This document shows, piece by piece, positions 8,925 through 17,502 of a DNA stretch of 64,000 nucleotides. The notes beneath the pieces are model-generated. The model was given only the letters and a program-made list of their open reading frames with translations. It was not told where the DNA came from and ran no database searches. The stretch comes from Candidatus Hydrogenedentota bacterium. GTDB lineage: Bacteria > Hydrogenedentota > Hydrogenedentia > Hydrogenedentales > SLHB01. A program made the position numbers and the translations under genes. The number at the start of each line of letters is the position of its first letter. Within the stretch, counting starts at the first letter, position 1. The stretch lies in contig BTVY01000023.1 of NCBI GenBank assembly GCA_045863335.1, positions 15,755 to 79,754 on the forward strand. The letters are read 5' to 3'.

Positions 8925-9905
8925 ATGTCCAGAGATCGTGTGAGTCGCAGAGAATTCATCCGGGACGCCGCCGTGTTAACCGGTGGCGTCGCCGCGGTGT
9001 CGTCGGTCCACGCGCAGCAAGCCGCAAAAGTGCCCCGCGCTATTCTTGGCCGTACCGGCGTCGAAGTGTCGCGGCTGGGCATCGGCTGCGCCCATTTTCA
9101 GCGGCCCAACGTAACGGTCGACGACGTAGGCGCCGCCATGCACCGCGCCCTGGAACTGGGGGTCGACTATTTCGATACGGCCCCGAACTATGGCCGGGGC
9201 GACCACTTTGCCGAAACAAAGATGGGCCCCACCGTCAAGGAAGTTCGGGATCGAATCTTCCTCGTGACCAAGACGGAAGAGCCGACGTACGATGGCACCT
9301 GGAAATTACTGCGCCAGAGTATGGAACGGTTGCAGACCGATCGGCTCGACCTCGTCCACGTCCACAACTTTGGCATGGAGTCGCGATTCGAGGACCTCGA
9401 TTTCGTATTCAGTGACAAGGGCACGCTTGGAGCCCTTCGCGAGGCCAAGCAACAGGGCGTGATTCGTTTCATCGGCGCCAGCGGCCACTTGTATCCATCG
9501 CGCTTTCACAAGATCCTCGATACGGGCGATATCGACGTGCTCATGAATGCGGTCAACTTCGTGTGCCAGCACGTCTACGATTTTGAAGGCAAGGTGTGGA
9601 GCCGCGCGCGCGGCGAAAACATCGGCTTGGTTGCTATGAAAGTGTTGGGCGGCGCATCGGGGGGCAATACCTTCCGCATGGCCAAGGACCATTACGAGTC
9701 GGCGGTGCGTTATGCGCTATCCATTCCGGGTTGTGCGGTGGCCGTGATCGGCTGTGAGAACGCGAAGGAGATCGAAGAGGCGGCCCAGGCTGTCGCCTCT
9801 GCCCAACCGCTTTCGGATGACGAGCGTATCCAGCTCGCCCAGCTGGGCCAGGAATTGGCGACGACCCAAGCGTGGAAGGCTGCGTACGGCGAACCGTTGA
9901 CATAG
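8925..9905 (+). CDS. Aldo/keto reductase with twin-arginine (Tat) signal
   Basis: SRREFIRDAAVLTGGVAAV Tat motif; AKR motifs (GIGCAHF, DYFDTAPNYG). AAGGAGG RBS 7 nt upstream of the ATG. Confidence 0.75.
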   Translation: MSRDRVSRREFIRDAAVLTGGVAAVSSVHAQQAAKVPRAILGRTGVEVSRLGIGCAHFQRPNVTVDDVGAAMHRALELGVDYFDTAPNYGRGDHFAETKMGPTVKEVRDRIFLVTKTEEPTYDGTWKLLRQSMERLQTDRLDLVHVHNFGMESRFEDLDFVFSDKGTLGALREAKQQGVIRFIGASGHLYPSRFHKILDTGDIDVLMNAVNFVCQHVYDFEGKVWSRARGENIGLVAMKVLGGASGGNTFRMAKDHYESAVRYALSIPGCAVAVIGCENAKEIEEAAQAVASAQPLSDDERIQLAQLGQELATTQAWKAAYGEPLT

Positions 9906-9998
9906 ACCGCAATAGCCGCTCGCGCAAGACCCTTTTGCCCAATCGCGGCCGGGGAATATCGCGCGGGCCTGTGAGGTTTTCCCGTTTCCAGGCACAGA

Positions 9999-10027
9999 AT
10001 TGCGTGCCAAAGCGCGGTACTGTATAA
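9999..10027 (+). promoter_or_regulatory. Candidate sigma-70 promoter TTGCGT-N17-TATAAT upstream of trxA
   Basis: Read from sequence; ~160 nt upstream of the trxA ATG. Confidence 0.25.
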
Positions 10028-10184
10028 TCCGGTGGCTTTTTATGCGGGTAATCCGGGCATGCCGTCTGGTTAACGTAACCCGTTGACATGATTGGGCATT
10101 GATTGCGAATTTAGACCAGGTGTAGCGGATTCGCCGGAATAGGCGGGCCGGGTGCGCCGTTAGGCTAGTTCAGGAGGCGACACG

Positions 10185-10505
10185 ATGAGCAACGCACAGG
10201 AACTGACGACCAGCAACTTCGATACGACCGTCAATGAGGGGGTCACCCTCGTTGATTTCTGGGCGGAGTGGTGTGCGCCGTGTCGTATGATGACGCCGGT
10301 ACTCGATGAACTCGCCACTGAATACGACGGAAAGGCGCGCATCGGCAAGATCAACGTCGACAACGAGCCGGATCTTGCCATGAAGTTCGACGTATCGAGC
10401 ATTCCAACCTTGATTGTTTTCAAGAACGGCGAGATCGCCAAACGGTTCGTGGGCGTCACGTCCAAGGGCGAACTGGCCGAAGCGCTGGACGGCGCCGCCG
10501 GGTAA
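10185..10505 (+). CDS. trxA: Thioredoxin
   Basis: WCAPC active site, 106 aa, strong AGGAGG RBS. Confidence 0.85.
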   Translation: MSNAQELTTSNFDTTVNEGVTLVDFWAEWCAPCRMMTPVLDELATEYDGKARIGKINVDNEPDLAMKFDVSSIPTLIVFKNGEIAKRFVGVTSKGELAEALDGAAG

Positions 10506-10540
10506 CGCTGGACGACGAGGGCTCACGCCCCTATCTTCGT

Positions 10541-11041
10541 ATGCTGATCAAACTCTGCATCATTGGACTCTTCGGGGTCGCGGCGTATATCGCGGCCTAC
10601 CGATTTGGGTTTGATGGGTCGCGGGGTATCTTGAGGGACCCGCTTACCATCGCCTTGCTGGCAATGGCGGCCGGATACGGCGTGGTGCGCGCTGTCATGG
10701 GTCCCTTGGCCGGACCGATGGTCTGGGCCGAGCCCATTACCGAAGTGAAATCGCAAACGGAGCTGGCGGCGCTCATCGCAGATGCTGGTGACAAGCCGAT
10801 TCTCGTTGATTTCTATGCCCCGTGGTGTATGCCGTGTCGCGCTACCGCGCCGGCCGTGAACGCGATGGCTGCGGAAGGGCACCGGGTCGCGGTCGTCAAT
10901 GTGGACGAAGCCAAACAGCTCGCCTGGGACTATGAGGTCGGTGCGATTCCGACGATCATCGTGCTTCGCGACGGCAATATCGTGGCCCGGGCGCAGGGAG
11001 TCCACACGGCGAGCGGGTTGAGGGCGCTTCTGGAGGGGTAA
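10541..11041 (+). CDS. Membrane-anchored thioredoxin-like protein
   Basis: Two N-terminal TM helices, then a thioredoxin fold with a WCMPC motif. Confidence 0.6.
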   Translation: MLIKLCIIGLFGVAAYIAAYRFGFDGSRGILRDPLTIALLAMAAGYGVVRAVMGPLAGPMVWAEPITEVKSQTELAALIADAGDKPILVDFYAPWCMPCRATAPAVNAMAAEGHRVAVVNVDEAKQLAWDYEVGAIPTIIVLRDGNIVARAQGVHTASGLRALLEG

Positions 11042-11196
11042 CGGTCACCGTCGCGCCAAGGGCGTGACCGTCAGCAACAACACCAATTCAAAACTGTAGA
11101 CCGGGGGAAATGCATCCGGACGCCGGCATGGCGCAGGATGCGCATAACCGTTTGAGATTACGAAGTACGTCTCGAACAGAACGAACGGAGCAAATC

Positions 11197-12201
11197 ATGA
11201 CACCGAAAGTGGTAGCCGTAGCCGGCGCGACCGGCTTGGTAGGACGACAGATGATGCAGGTGCTCGAAGAGCGCAACTTTCCCGTGAAGTCGCTGAAACT
11301 GCTGGCTTCCGAACGCTCCAAGGGGAAAACGCTCACGTTCAAAGGCGAGACGATTCCGGTCGAGGTGCTGTCCGAGGACTCCTTCAAGGGTGTAGACGTG
11401 GCGTTGTTCAGCGCGGGCGGCGGCACCAGCAAGAAGTATTCACCCTGTGCGGCGAAAGACGGGTGCGTGGTGGTGGACAACTCCAGTGCCTGGCGGATGG
11501 ATCCTAACGTGCCTCTGGTCGTTCCGGAAGTGAACGCACACGACATCGCGAAACACCAGGGCATCATCGCCAATCCCAATTGTTCGACGATTCAGATGGT
11601 TGTCGTATTGAAACCGTTGCACGACGCGGCGAAGATCAAGCGCGTGGTCGTGTCCACCTATCAGGCCGTTTCGGGGGCCGGCATCAAGGCGCTGGATGAA
11701 CTCAAGGCGCAGACCCTGGCAATACTCGAGGGCCGGGAACCGGAGTGCAGCGTGTTCCCGTACCCCATCGCATTCAACTGTCTGCCGCAGATTCCCCAAA
11801 GCGATGCGTTTGCGGACAACGGATACTCCACCGAAGAGCTGAAGATGGTCAATGAGACCAAGAAGATCATGGGCGACGATAGCATCCGCGTCACCGCCAC
11901 CACGGTGCGCGTGCCCGTCTTCAGCGGTCACAGCGAATCGGTGAACGTGGAAACCGAAAAGAAACTCACGGCGCAGCAGGCCCGCGAGATCCTGTCCAAG
12001 GCCGAGGGCGTCGTCGTGCAGGACGACCTTTCCAAGCAACTGTACCCCCTCGCGCCCAACGCCGTCGGCAAGAGCGAGACCTTCGTGGGGCGCATCCGGG
12101 AAGACGTGTCGCACCCGTCCGCGCTGGACATGTGGATCGTCTCCGACAACCTGCTCAAAGGCGCCGCGCTCAACGCGGTGCAGATTGCCGAGCGGCTGTA
12201 G
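11197..12201 (+). CDS. asd: Aspartate-semialdehyde dehydrogenase
   Basis: VAVAGATGLVG NAD-binding motif and ANPNCSTI active-site Cys; 334 aa from the internal ATG with an upstream GGAG. Confidence 0.9.
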   Translation: MTPKVVAVAGATGLVGRQMMQVLEERNFPVKSLKLLASERSKGKTLTFKGETIPVEVLSEDSFKGVDVALFSAGGGTSKKYSPCAAKDGCVVVDNSSAWRMDPNVPLVVPEVNAHDIAKHQGIIANPNCSTIQMVVVLKPLHDAAKIKRVVVSTYQAVSGAGIKALDELKAQTLAILEGREPECSVFPYPIAFNCLPQIPQSDAFADNGYSTEELKMVNETKKIMGDDSIRVTATTVRVPVFSGHSESVNVETEKKLTAQQAREILSKAEGVVVQDDLSKQLYPLAPNAVGKSETFVGRIREDVSHPSALDMWIVSDNLLKGAALNAVQIAERL

Positions 12202-12226
12202 ACGGCGTTTTTTCGCGTAGGATTGT

Positions 12227-12265
12227 GGAGGGCGTTCTCTCAACGGAACGCCCTCCCGTTTTTTT
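12227..12265 (+). terminator. Rho-independent terminator after asd
   Basis: GGAGGGCGTTC-tctcaacg-GAACGCCCTCC (11-bp perfect stem) followed by CGTTTTTTTGG. Confidence 0.65.
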
Positions 12266-12365
12266 GGTATGAGGGTTAGGTCCTTTTCCGGCCGGAACAC
12301 ATCCCTCGATTGAACCTGCTTCCTCGCAAGCCTCATACTGGTCGCGGTTGCAGGGGAGAATCGCT

Positions 12366-13820
12366 ATGAAGATGCACAAGCTCGCGTTGCTGCTCTCGCT
12401 GGTACTGGTCGCCGTGCCGGCAGCGTGGGCGGATTTCGATGAAGAAGCGGAGGCCGGCCTCCTCGACGCGTTCTTTTCGCTAAGCCAGTCACAGAACAGC
12501 GAGGCGGCCAACTTCATTGCAGCGTATTTGGCCGACAGCCGGTACGGCACAAGCGACTGGTCCCGCCTGTTCGGTACGTACTTCGAAGAAGGCGGCGGAT
12601 TCACTGCGGGGCACGCGACCTTCTGGAACTGGGCGATCTCCAACTCCGCAGGCGAAATGCAACGGCACATCGGGGTGGTGTCCGGCTTCTGGGCGGCGGA
12701 AGCGATTGGCGGCAGTCTCGAACTCGGCCCCTGGGGCGATACTGTGGCGTACCAGTCCCTGGTATCGGGCTTCGACTGGCTCGCTGGCATTGCGCAAGCG
12801 CTCGGCTCCAACGGCCGCAGCGCGGTCTTCTCAGCCCTATCGGATGCGGCCGGAAATCGCACGATCGCGGCGTTGGCCCAGTCGCCGCAACAGTTCCCGA
12901 CCTACGTGCAGTACGGGCTGATTCTTCGCGAATATGCCACGGGAAACCCCAACAGCCGGAAGGTCGTCAGCGAAATCATGGGGTTTCAAAACGCGCCGCT
13001 GCAGTTCTGGGAAGCGCGCGGGATCTTCCTCTTTGACAACGGCGCGCTCGACGCTGCCCAGTTGAACAGCCTCGACCTGCTCATCACGGTGATCCCAAGC
13101 GAACTCCACAACATCGGCGCCTTCATCGTTCCACAAAGTACGGGCATTCCGGCGGGAACGTCCTTCGCCACGCCCGTGCAGATCGTCTATCTCGAACCCG
13201 TGCCAACCGGCGTGACCACGAATCCCGGCGAGTTTCCGGAACGGCTGGGCCAACCCGTTGCATCCCTGTTTACGGTTTCGACAGCGGCGAGCATTATTCG
13301 CGCCGTGCAGGACATCCAGTTCGCGAAGCGGCCCGAACTGCGCGCGCGCCGCGATATCATTCTCGCAAACGCACGAGGCAAGCGGGAGCGGTTCCTGCGC
13401 CGCTTTCAGATCGTGCCGCCCGAGCAGTACTACGCGGACCCCGATTCCTTGCTTCCTTCAGTAGCCTATCCATACTTCATCGATTCGTCCCGCGCCTTTG
13501 CGATGGGAATGCTCTTGTTCGAGATCGAAAAGCAGGAGGCCATCGACTCGTTTCTGCTCCTTGCGGACCTGTTATCCGGCGGGTCGAACACGACCGTCCT
13601 GTTCGCGACGGATCCTGTCGGGCGAATTACCCACGCCCGCGCATCCTTATCCCGCATCTACCTCGGCCAGATCCGGCAGGCGGCCTCCGATGACTTCGGG
13701 TTCTCGGGCAACTACATTCCCGCGAACATCAACATCTGCAACGGCATCGCCATACAAGGCGCCTATTTTCTCTTCGAACCCGATCCGCAAGGGATCTCCA
13801 TCCGGGTGCACCGCAGGTAA
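12366..13820 (+). CDS. Secreted hypothetical protein (signal peptide)
   Basis: MKMHKLALLLSLVLVAVPAAWA signal peptide; GGGGAG RBS. No recognised domain. Confidence 0.45.
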   Translation: MKMHKLALLLSLVLVAVPAAWADFDEEAEAGLLDAFFSLSQSQNSEAANFIAAYLADSRYGTSDWSRLFGTYFEEGGGFTAGHATFWNWAISNSAGEMQRHIGVVSGFWAAEAIGGSLELGPWGDTVAYQSLVSGFDWLAGIAQALGSNGRSAVFSALSDAAGNRTIAALAQSPQQFPTYVQYGLILREYATGNPNSRKVVSEIMGFQNAPLQFWEARGIFLFDNGALDAAQLNSLDLLITVIPSELHNIGAFIVPQSTGIPAGTSFATPVQIVYLEPVPTGVTTNPGEFPERLGQPVASLFTVSTAASIIRAVQDIQFAKRPELRARRDIILANARGKRERFLRRFQIVPPEQYYADPDSLLPSVAYPYFIDSSRAFAMGMLLFEIEKQEAIDSFLLLADLLSGGSNTTVLFATDPVGRITHARASLSRIYLGQIRQAASDDFGFSGNYIPANINICNGIAIQGAYFLFEPDPQGISIRVHRR

Positions 13821-13833
13821 CGCAGGGGGCCGC

Positions 13834-14211
13834 TTGAGCAAACGATATCTTCTCGCAACAGGACTTTACTGCGCGTTCATCTGGGTGCTGTCTTCCCAAT
13901 CCGAACCCGGCGACTTCGAACTGCCCTTCACGTTCGAAGGCATGGACAAGGTGGGACACATGTTTCTCTACGGAGGACTCGCGGCGGTGGTGTCTCTCGG
14001 GCTCCGGCGTGCGAGGGTCAGGCCTTCGGCATGGGTCCAGGTATTCGCGCCCATCCTGTTCGCGACCTTTTACGGTGTGACGGACGAGATTCACCAGTAT
14101 TTCGTGCCCATGCGCCACTTCGATATCGTCGACCTCATCGCGGACTTGGCGGGTGCGACCGTCGTCCAGTGCGCACTCTGCTATCGTTGGCTGCGAAACC
14201 TGCACGCCTGA
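13834..14211 (+). CDS. VanZ-like family membrane protein
   Basis: DKVGHMFLYGGL ... VTDEIHQYFVPMRHFDIVDLIADLAG matches the VanZ pattern. TTG start after an AGGGGG RBS. The upstream portion of the 237-aa track ORF is Arg/Ser-rich and judged non-coding. Confidence 0.5.
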   Translation: MSKRYLLATGLYCAFIWVLSSQSEPGDFELPFTFEGMDKVGHMFLYGGLAAVVSLGLRRARVRPSAWVQVFAPILFATFYGVTDEIHQYFVPMRHFDIVDLIADLAGATVVQCALCYRWLRNLHA

Positions 14212-14233
14212 CGCCGGGATCGTTTCCGGTCTG

Positions 14234-14878
14234 CTATCGGGCTTTCTTTTCCAGCACAACCAGTCCGAACAACTCCAAGACCTCCTCGTAATCGCTCGTC
14301 ACGGACATCAATTCCCGATAGAAGCGCGTAACACCTTCCCAATGGCCGATGTCGTGAAGGGCGACAAGCCCGCCCGGGACAACATGCGGCGCCCACAACT
14401 CGAAGTCCAGTCTGGAACCGTCGTACGAGTGATCTCCGTCGACAAACAGCAAGCGAATGGGACCTTTCCACTCTCTTGCCGCGTCGGCCGAGGTGCTGAC
14501 CACGGGTGTAACGTGGTCGAAGAGATCCAGCTTTCGCAGGTTCTCTTCAAAAACCGGTAGTGTCGAACCTAGAGCGGCGAGATCGGAATCGGCCCATTCC
14601 TGCCCCGCCTGGTGTTCTGGCGATCCGGTGAACGGATCGATAGCGGTCACCTTCTCCCGGCCCGCAGTTTTGGCGCCGTAGGCAAGCCACGCCGTGGAGC
14701 GGCCTTTGAAGCTGCCAATCTCGACGACCGCGCCAACGCCCGGCCCCTGCTCGGCCATCAGCGAGAGAACATACCCCTGCATGTCATCCAGCCAGCCGTC
14801 GATGTCGCGGGTGCGAATCGACATCTGGTGAAACTCCAGCGCGGTGCGGAGCCGGAACATGAGCATTGCGCTAAGCAT
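14234..14878 (-). CDS. Class I SAM-dependent methyltransferase (family-3 O-methyltransferase-like)
   Basis: VVEIGSFKGRSTAWLA motif I, LLFVDGDHSY. Start trimmed to MLSAMLMF with a GAGGG RBS. Confidence 0.6.
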   Translation of the reverse strand: MLSAMLMFRLRTALEFHQMSIRTRDIDGWLDDMQGYVLSLMAEQGPGVGAVVEIGSFKGRSTAWLAYGAKTAGREKVTAIDPFTGSPEHQAGQEWADSDLAALGSTLPVFEENLRKLDLFDHVTPVVSTSADAAREWKGPIRLLFVDGDHSYDGSRLDFELWAPHVVPGGLVALHDIGHWEGVTRFYRELMSVTSDYEEVLELFGLVVLEKKAR

Positions 14879-15045
14879 AGAGACCCTCCCGTTTGGAGCC
14901 TGATGCCAAAAGAATATCGGCGCAAGGAAGAGCGCACAAGCATTCGCCGAAACAGCTGGTGCCGAGCGTTTGCCAGGATGACCCGAATTCCAGTATCGTT
15001 CTCCGAACTTTCCCGGCAGAAGTGCCATCCCAAGGGGTGCTGTTC

Positions 15046-16926
15046 GTGCGAATCTCCATTCGTCATACCTTGCGTATCGCATTACTCCTGGCAGTCGTGC
15101 TCGGCACGGGCTGCTTTGCCGGCGTGTCTCTCAAGCCCGTGCCGACAGCGGTTTCGTTTCGTGAGTTGCAGGGAAATGCGCTCAGCACCAACGGGCTGAG
15201 CATTCACACGAAACAGTTGCTGCGCACCTACAATCTCCAGGAATCCTACCTTGAAGATGTGCGTGGCGCATTGAAGGTCCTTCATGAGGAAGCCTGCAAG
15301 ACCGGCGAACGGCCGATCCTGTTCGGCCTGTCGGAGCTGGCCTGTTTTGCGGGGATGCGCAGCGAAAAGTCTCAGCCGGAAGCAGCGCTCGCCGAGTACA
15401 ACAGCGCCGCCCGGTATGCCTACTTCTACCTTTTCGACGAAGGATTCGGAGCGCCTCCAGACCCCTTCGACCCGCGCTTCCGGCTGGCCTGCAACCTGTA
15501 CAATTTCTCCCTCGCACGGGTGATCGATCTCGTGCAGCGTTCCGGGCATCCGATGGCGGAAGACGCGTACGAGATCCCCCTTTGGAACGGATCCGTGCAC
15601 GTGGACATCGAACGCACGGGCTTCCTGCCGGAGGAGGACATCGACCGGGTCATGCTGGCCACGGAATACGACGTGGTGGGCATTCGGAATCAGTATCGGA
15701 CCTTCGGCCTTGGCGTTCCACTAATCGCGGTGGGAGCGAAACCGCCCAAAGAAAGCTACCTCCCCAAGACCCCAAGTTTTGCGGCCACGGCCTTCCTCCA
15801 ACTGGACGGCACAATATGCGATCCGGCCGGCGCAAGCGGGACTTTGGAACTGTTCGATACCATGCAGATTCACTCGGTATACGTTGCGGAGGCGAAGATC
15901 CCCCTGGAAACGGACATCACGACGCCGCTGGGGTTTCTGTTGTCGAATCCCGAACTGGAGCGCACCGCGTACATCGGGTTGCTGCGCGCCGACCGCGTTG
16001 CCGAAGACGGCGGCCTGTATATGCTCGAACCCTATCAGCCCGGCAAAATTCCCGTCGTGATGATTCACGGGTTGGTGTCCAGCCCGCTCACGTGGGCGGA
16101 GATGTTGAACGACCTGCGCGGCCAACCCGAGCTTCGCGAACGGTACCAGTTCTGGTTCTACCAATACCCGACTGCATATCCATTTGCTTATCCCGCGAGC
16201 CAGTTGCGGAACGCGTTGCGCGAAGTGCGGGAGAATTTTGACCCTGAGCACAACGATGCCGCCTTCGACGACATGGTCCTGATAGGACATAGCATGGGCG
16301 GCCTGATCGCGAAAATGCTGGTCCAGGACAGCGGCGACGCGGTGTGGGGCGCGATTGCCCGCAAACCCTTGGATGAACTGCATGCGTCGCCCGAGGTTCA
16401 AGCGGCCATTCGCGATGTCTTCTATTTCGAACCGCAACCCTTTGTGAAGCGGGTGATCTTCATTTCCACGCCCCACCGAGGAAGCTCGCTGAGTAAGAGC
16501 ATCCTGGGGACCGCAGTGTCACTTTTGATTGCAGTGCCGAAAACGTTACTCGAAGAAGTGTGGTCTTTTATCGACACCAATCCCGGTGCATTGCGCGAGG
16601 ACGTGAAAAAGCGGCGGCTGACGAGCATCGCCAACCTTTCCCCGGACAATCCGGTCATCGAGGTCCTGCAGGAGATCCCCATCGCGCCGGAAGTAACGTA
16701 CCACACCATTGTCGGCAACGTGGCGGAGAAACCGGACGAGGAAATGACGGACGGCGTCGTTCCTTACACCAGTTCCCATCTCGAAGGCGCGGCTTCCGAG
16801 AAGATCGTGGAGGCGGGCCATTCCGCGCACTACCATCCGCTGGCGATTCTCGAGGTCCGGCGCATTTTGCAGGAACATCTTCAAACCCTTCCCGCGGCGG
16901 CCATGGCGGAAGTGCCGGGTCACTGA
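15046..16926 (+). CDS. Secreted alpha/beta-hydrolase (lipase/esterase-like) with large N-terminal domain of unknown function
   Basis: GHSMGG nucleophile elbow, downstream Asp (DGVVPY) and His (AGHSAHYH). GTG start gives the signal peptide MRISIRHTLRIALLLAVVLGTGCFAG. Confidence 0.55.
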   Translation: MRISIRHTLRIALLLAVVLGTGCFAGVSLKPVPTAVSFRELQGNALSTNGLSIHTKQLLRTYNLQESYLEDVRGALKVLHEEACKTGERPILFGLSELACFAGMRSEKSQPEAALAEYNSAARYAYFYLFDEGFGAPPDPFDPRFRLACNLYNFSLARVIDLVQRSGHPMAEDAYEIPLWNGSVHVDIERTGFLPEEDIDRVMLATEYDVVGIRNQYRTFGLGVPLIAVGAKPPKESYLPKTPSFAATAFLQLDGTICDPAGASGTLELFDTMQIHSVYVAEAKIPLETDITTPLGFLLSNPELERTAYIGLLRADRVAEDGGLYMLEPYQPGKIPVVMIHGLVSSPLTWAEMLNDLRGQPELRERYQFWFYQYPTAYPFAYPASQLRNALREVRENFDPEHNDAAFDDMVLIGHSMGGLIAKMLVQDSGDAVWGAIARKPLDELHASPEVQAAIRDVFYFEPQPFVKRVIFISTPHRGSSLSKSILGTAVSLLIAVPKTLLEEVWSFIDTNPGALREDVKKRRLTSIANLSPDNPVIEVLQEIPIAPEVTYHTIVGNVAEKPDEEMTDGVVPYTSSHLEGAASEKIVEAGHSAHYHPLAILEVRRILQEHLQTLPAAAMAEVPGH

Positions 16927-16980
16927 TTCGGGAGAGGCCGGCTGCAACGAAGCGGCTCCAAGAGACAGAGGAGACCGCTG

Positions 16981-17502
16981 ATGCCGTCCGCACCCCGTAG
17001 CCATCCCAACACTTTCCGAGCCTTGTCCTCGTACTGGGCCGATTCGAATCGCATCGACGACCTTTTAACACGCGAAGAGCACGACTTTGTAGCCGTCGCG
17101 GTGCGGGAGTTCCGGCGCCGGTTCGGAGACGTAAAACCGACCGTGGTGATGCGGATCGAGGGGGTGATCATGCTCTACGTGCTCGCGCGCCGGGCCGGAC
17201 TTGCGGCACTTCGTGCGGGCCTCGCGCCAACGGATCTAAACCGGCCGCAGAAAGATGGTAAGACGCCCGCGGCTGATGATGTTTGCAGGGCGCACGATCA
17301 TCTTCGCAAAGCGGTAAAGGACCTCGAGGACGCAACAGGAGACGGCGAGACGGCAGTGGCGCAAGGGGTCGCGGACCTTCTCCGGCCGCTGCTCAAGGAT
17401 ACGGAAGGGTTGGCGGAGTCCCTGGCGAATGAGGATCGCGAAGCGGGGTCGAATAACGGCCTGCCGTCCCGGCGTCGCGACTCCGTTGCGGCGGGGCCGT
17501 GA
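16981..17502 (+). CDS. Hypothetical helical protein; candidate terminase small subunit
   Basis: Position immediately upstream of, and translationally coupled (GTGA overlap) to, the terminase-large-like gene. No motif-level support. Confidence 0.3.
   Translation: MPSAPRSHPNTFRALSSYWADSNRIDDLLTREEHDFVAVAVREFRRRFGDVKPTVVMRIEGVIMLYVLARRAGLAALRAGLAPTDLNRPQKDGKTPAADDVCRAHDHLRKAVKDLEDATGDGETAVAQGVADLLRPLLKDTEGLAESLANEDREAGSNNGLPSRRRDSVAAGP

Noticed and set aside
13498-13833. N-terminal 112 codons of the 237-aa track ORF preceding the VanZ domain.
   Set aside because: Arg/Ser/Pro-rich low-complexity translation overlapping the 3' end of the upstream gene. A TTG with AGGGGG RBS at 13834 gives a normal-length VanZ protein.
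14893-15045. Upstream ATG start (MEPDAKRISAQ...) for the lipase-like gene.
   Set aside because: It would leave almost no divergent promoter space relative to the methyltransferase start (14878) and gives a non-signal-peptide N-terminus. GTG at 15046 with an AAGGGG RBS yields a classical signal peptide.
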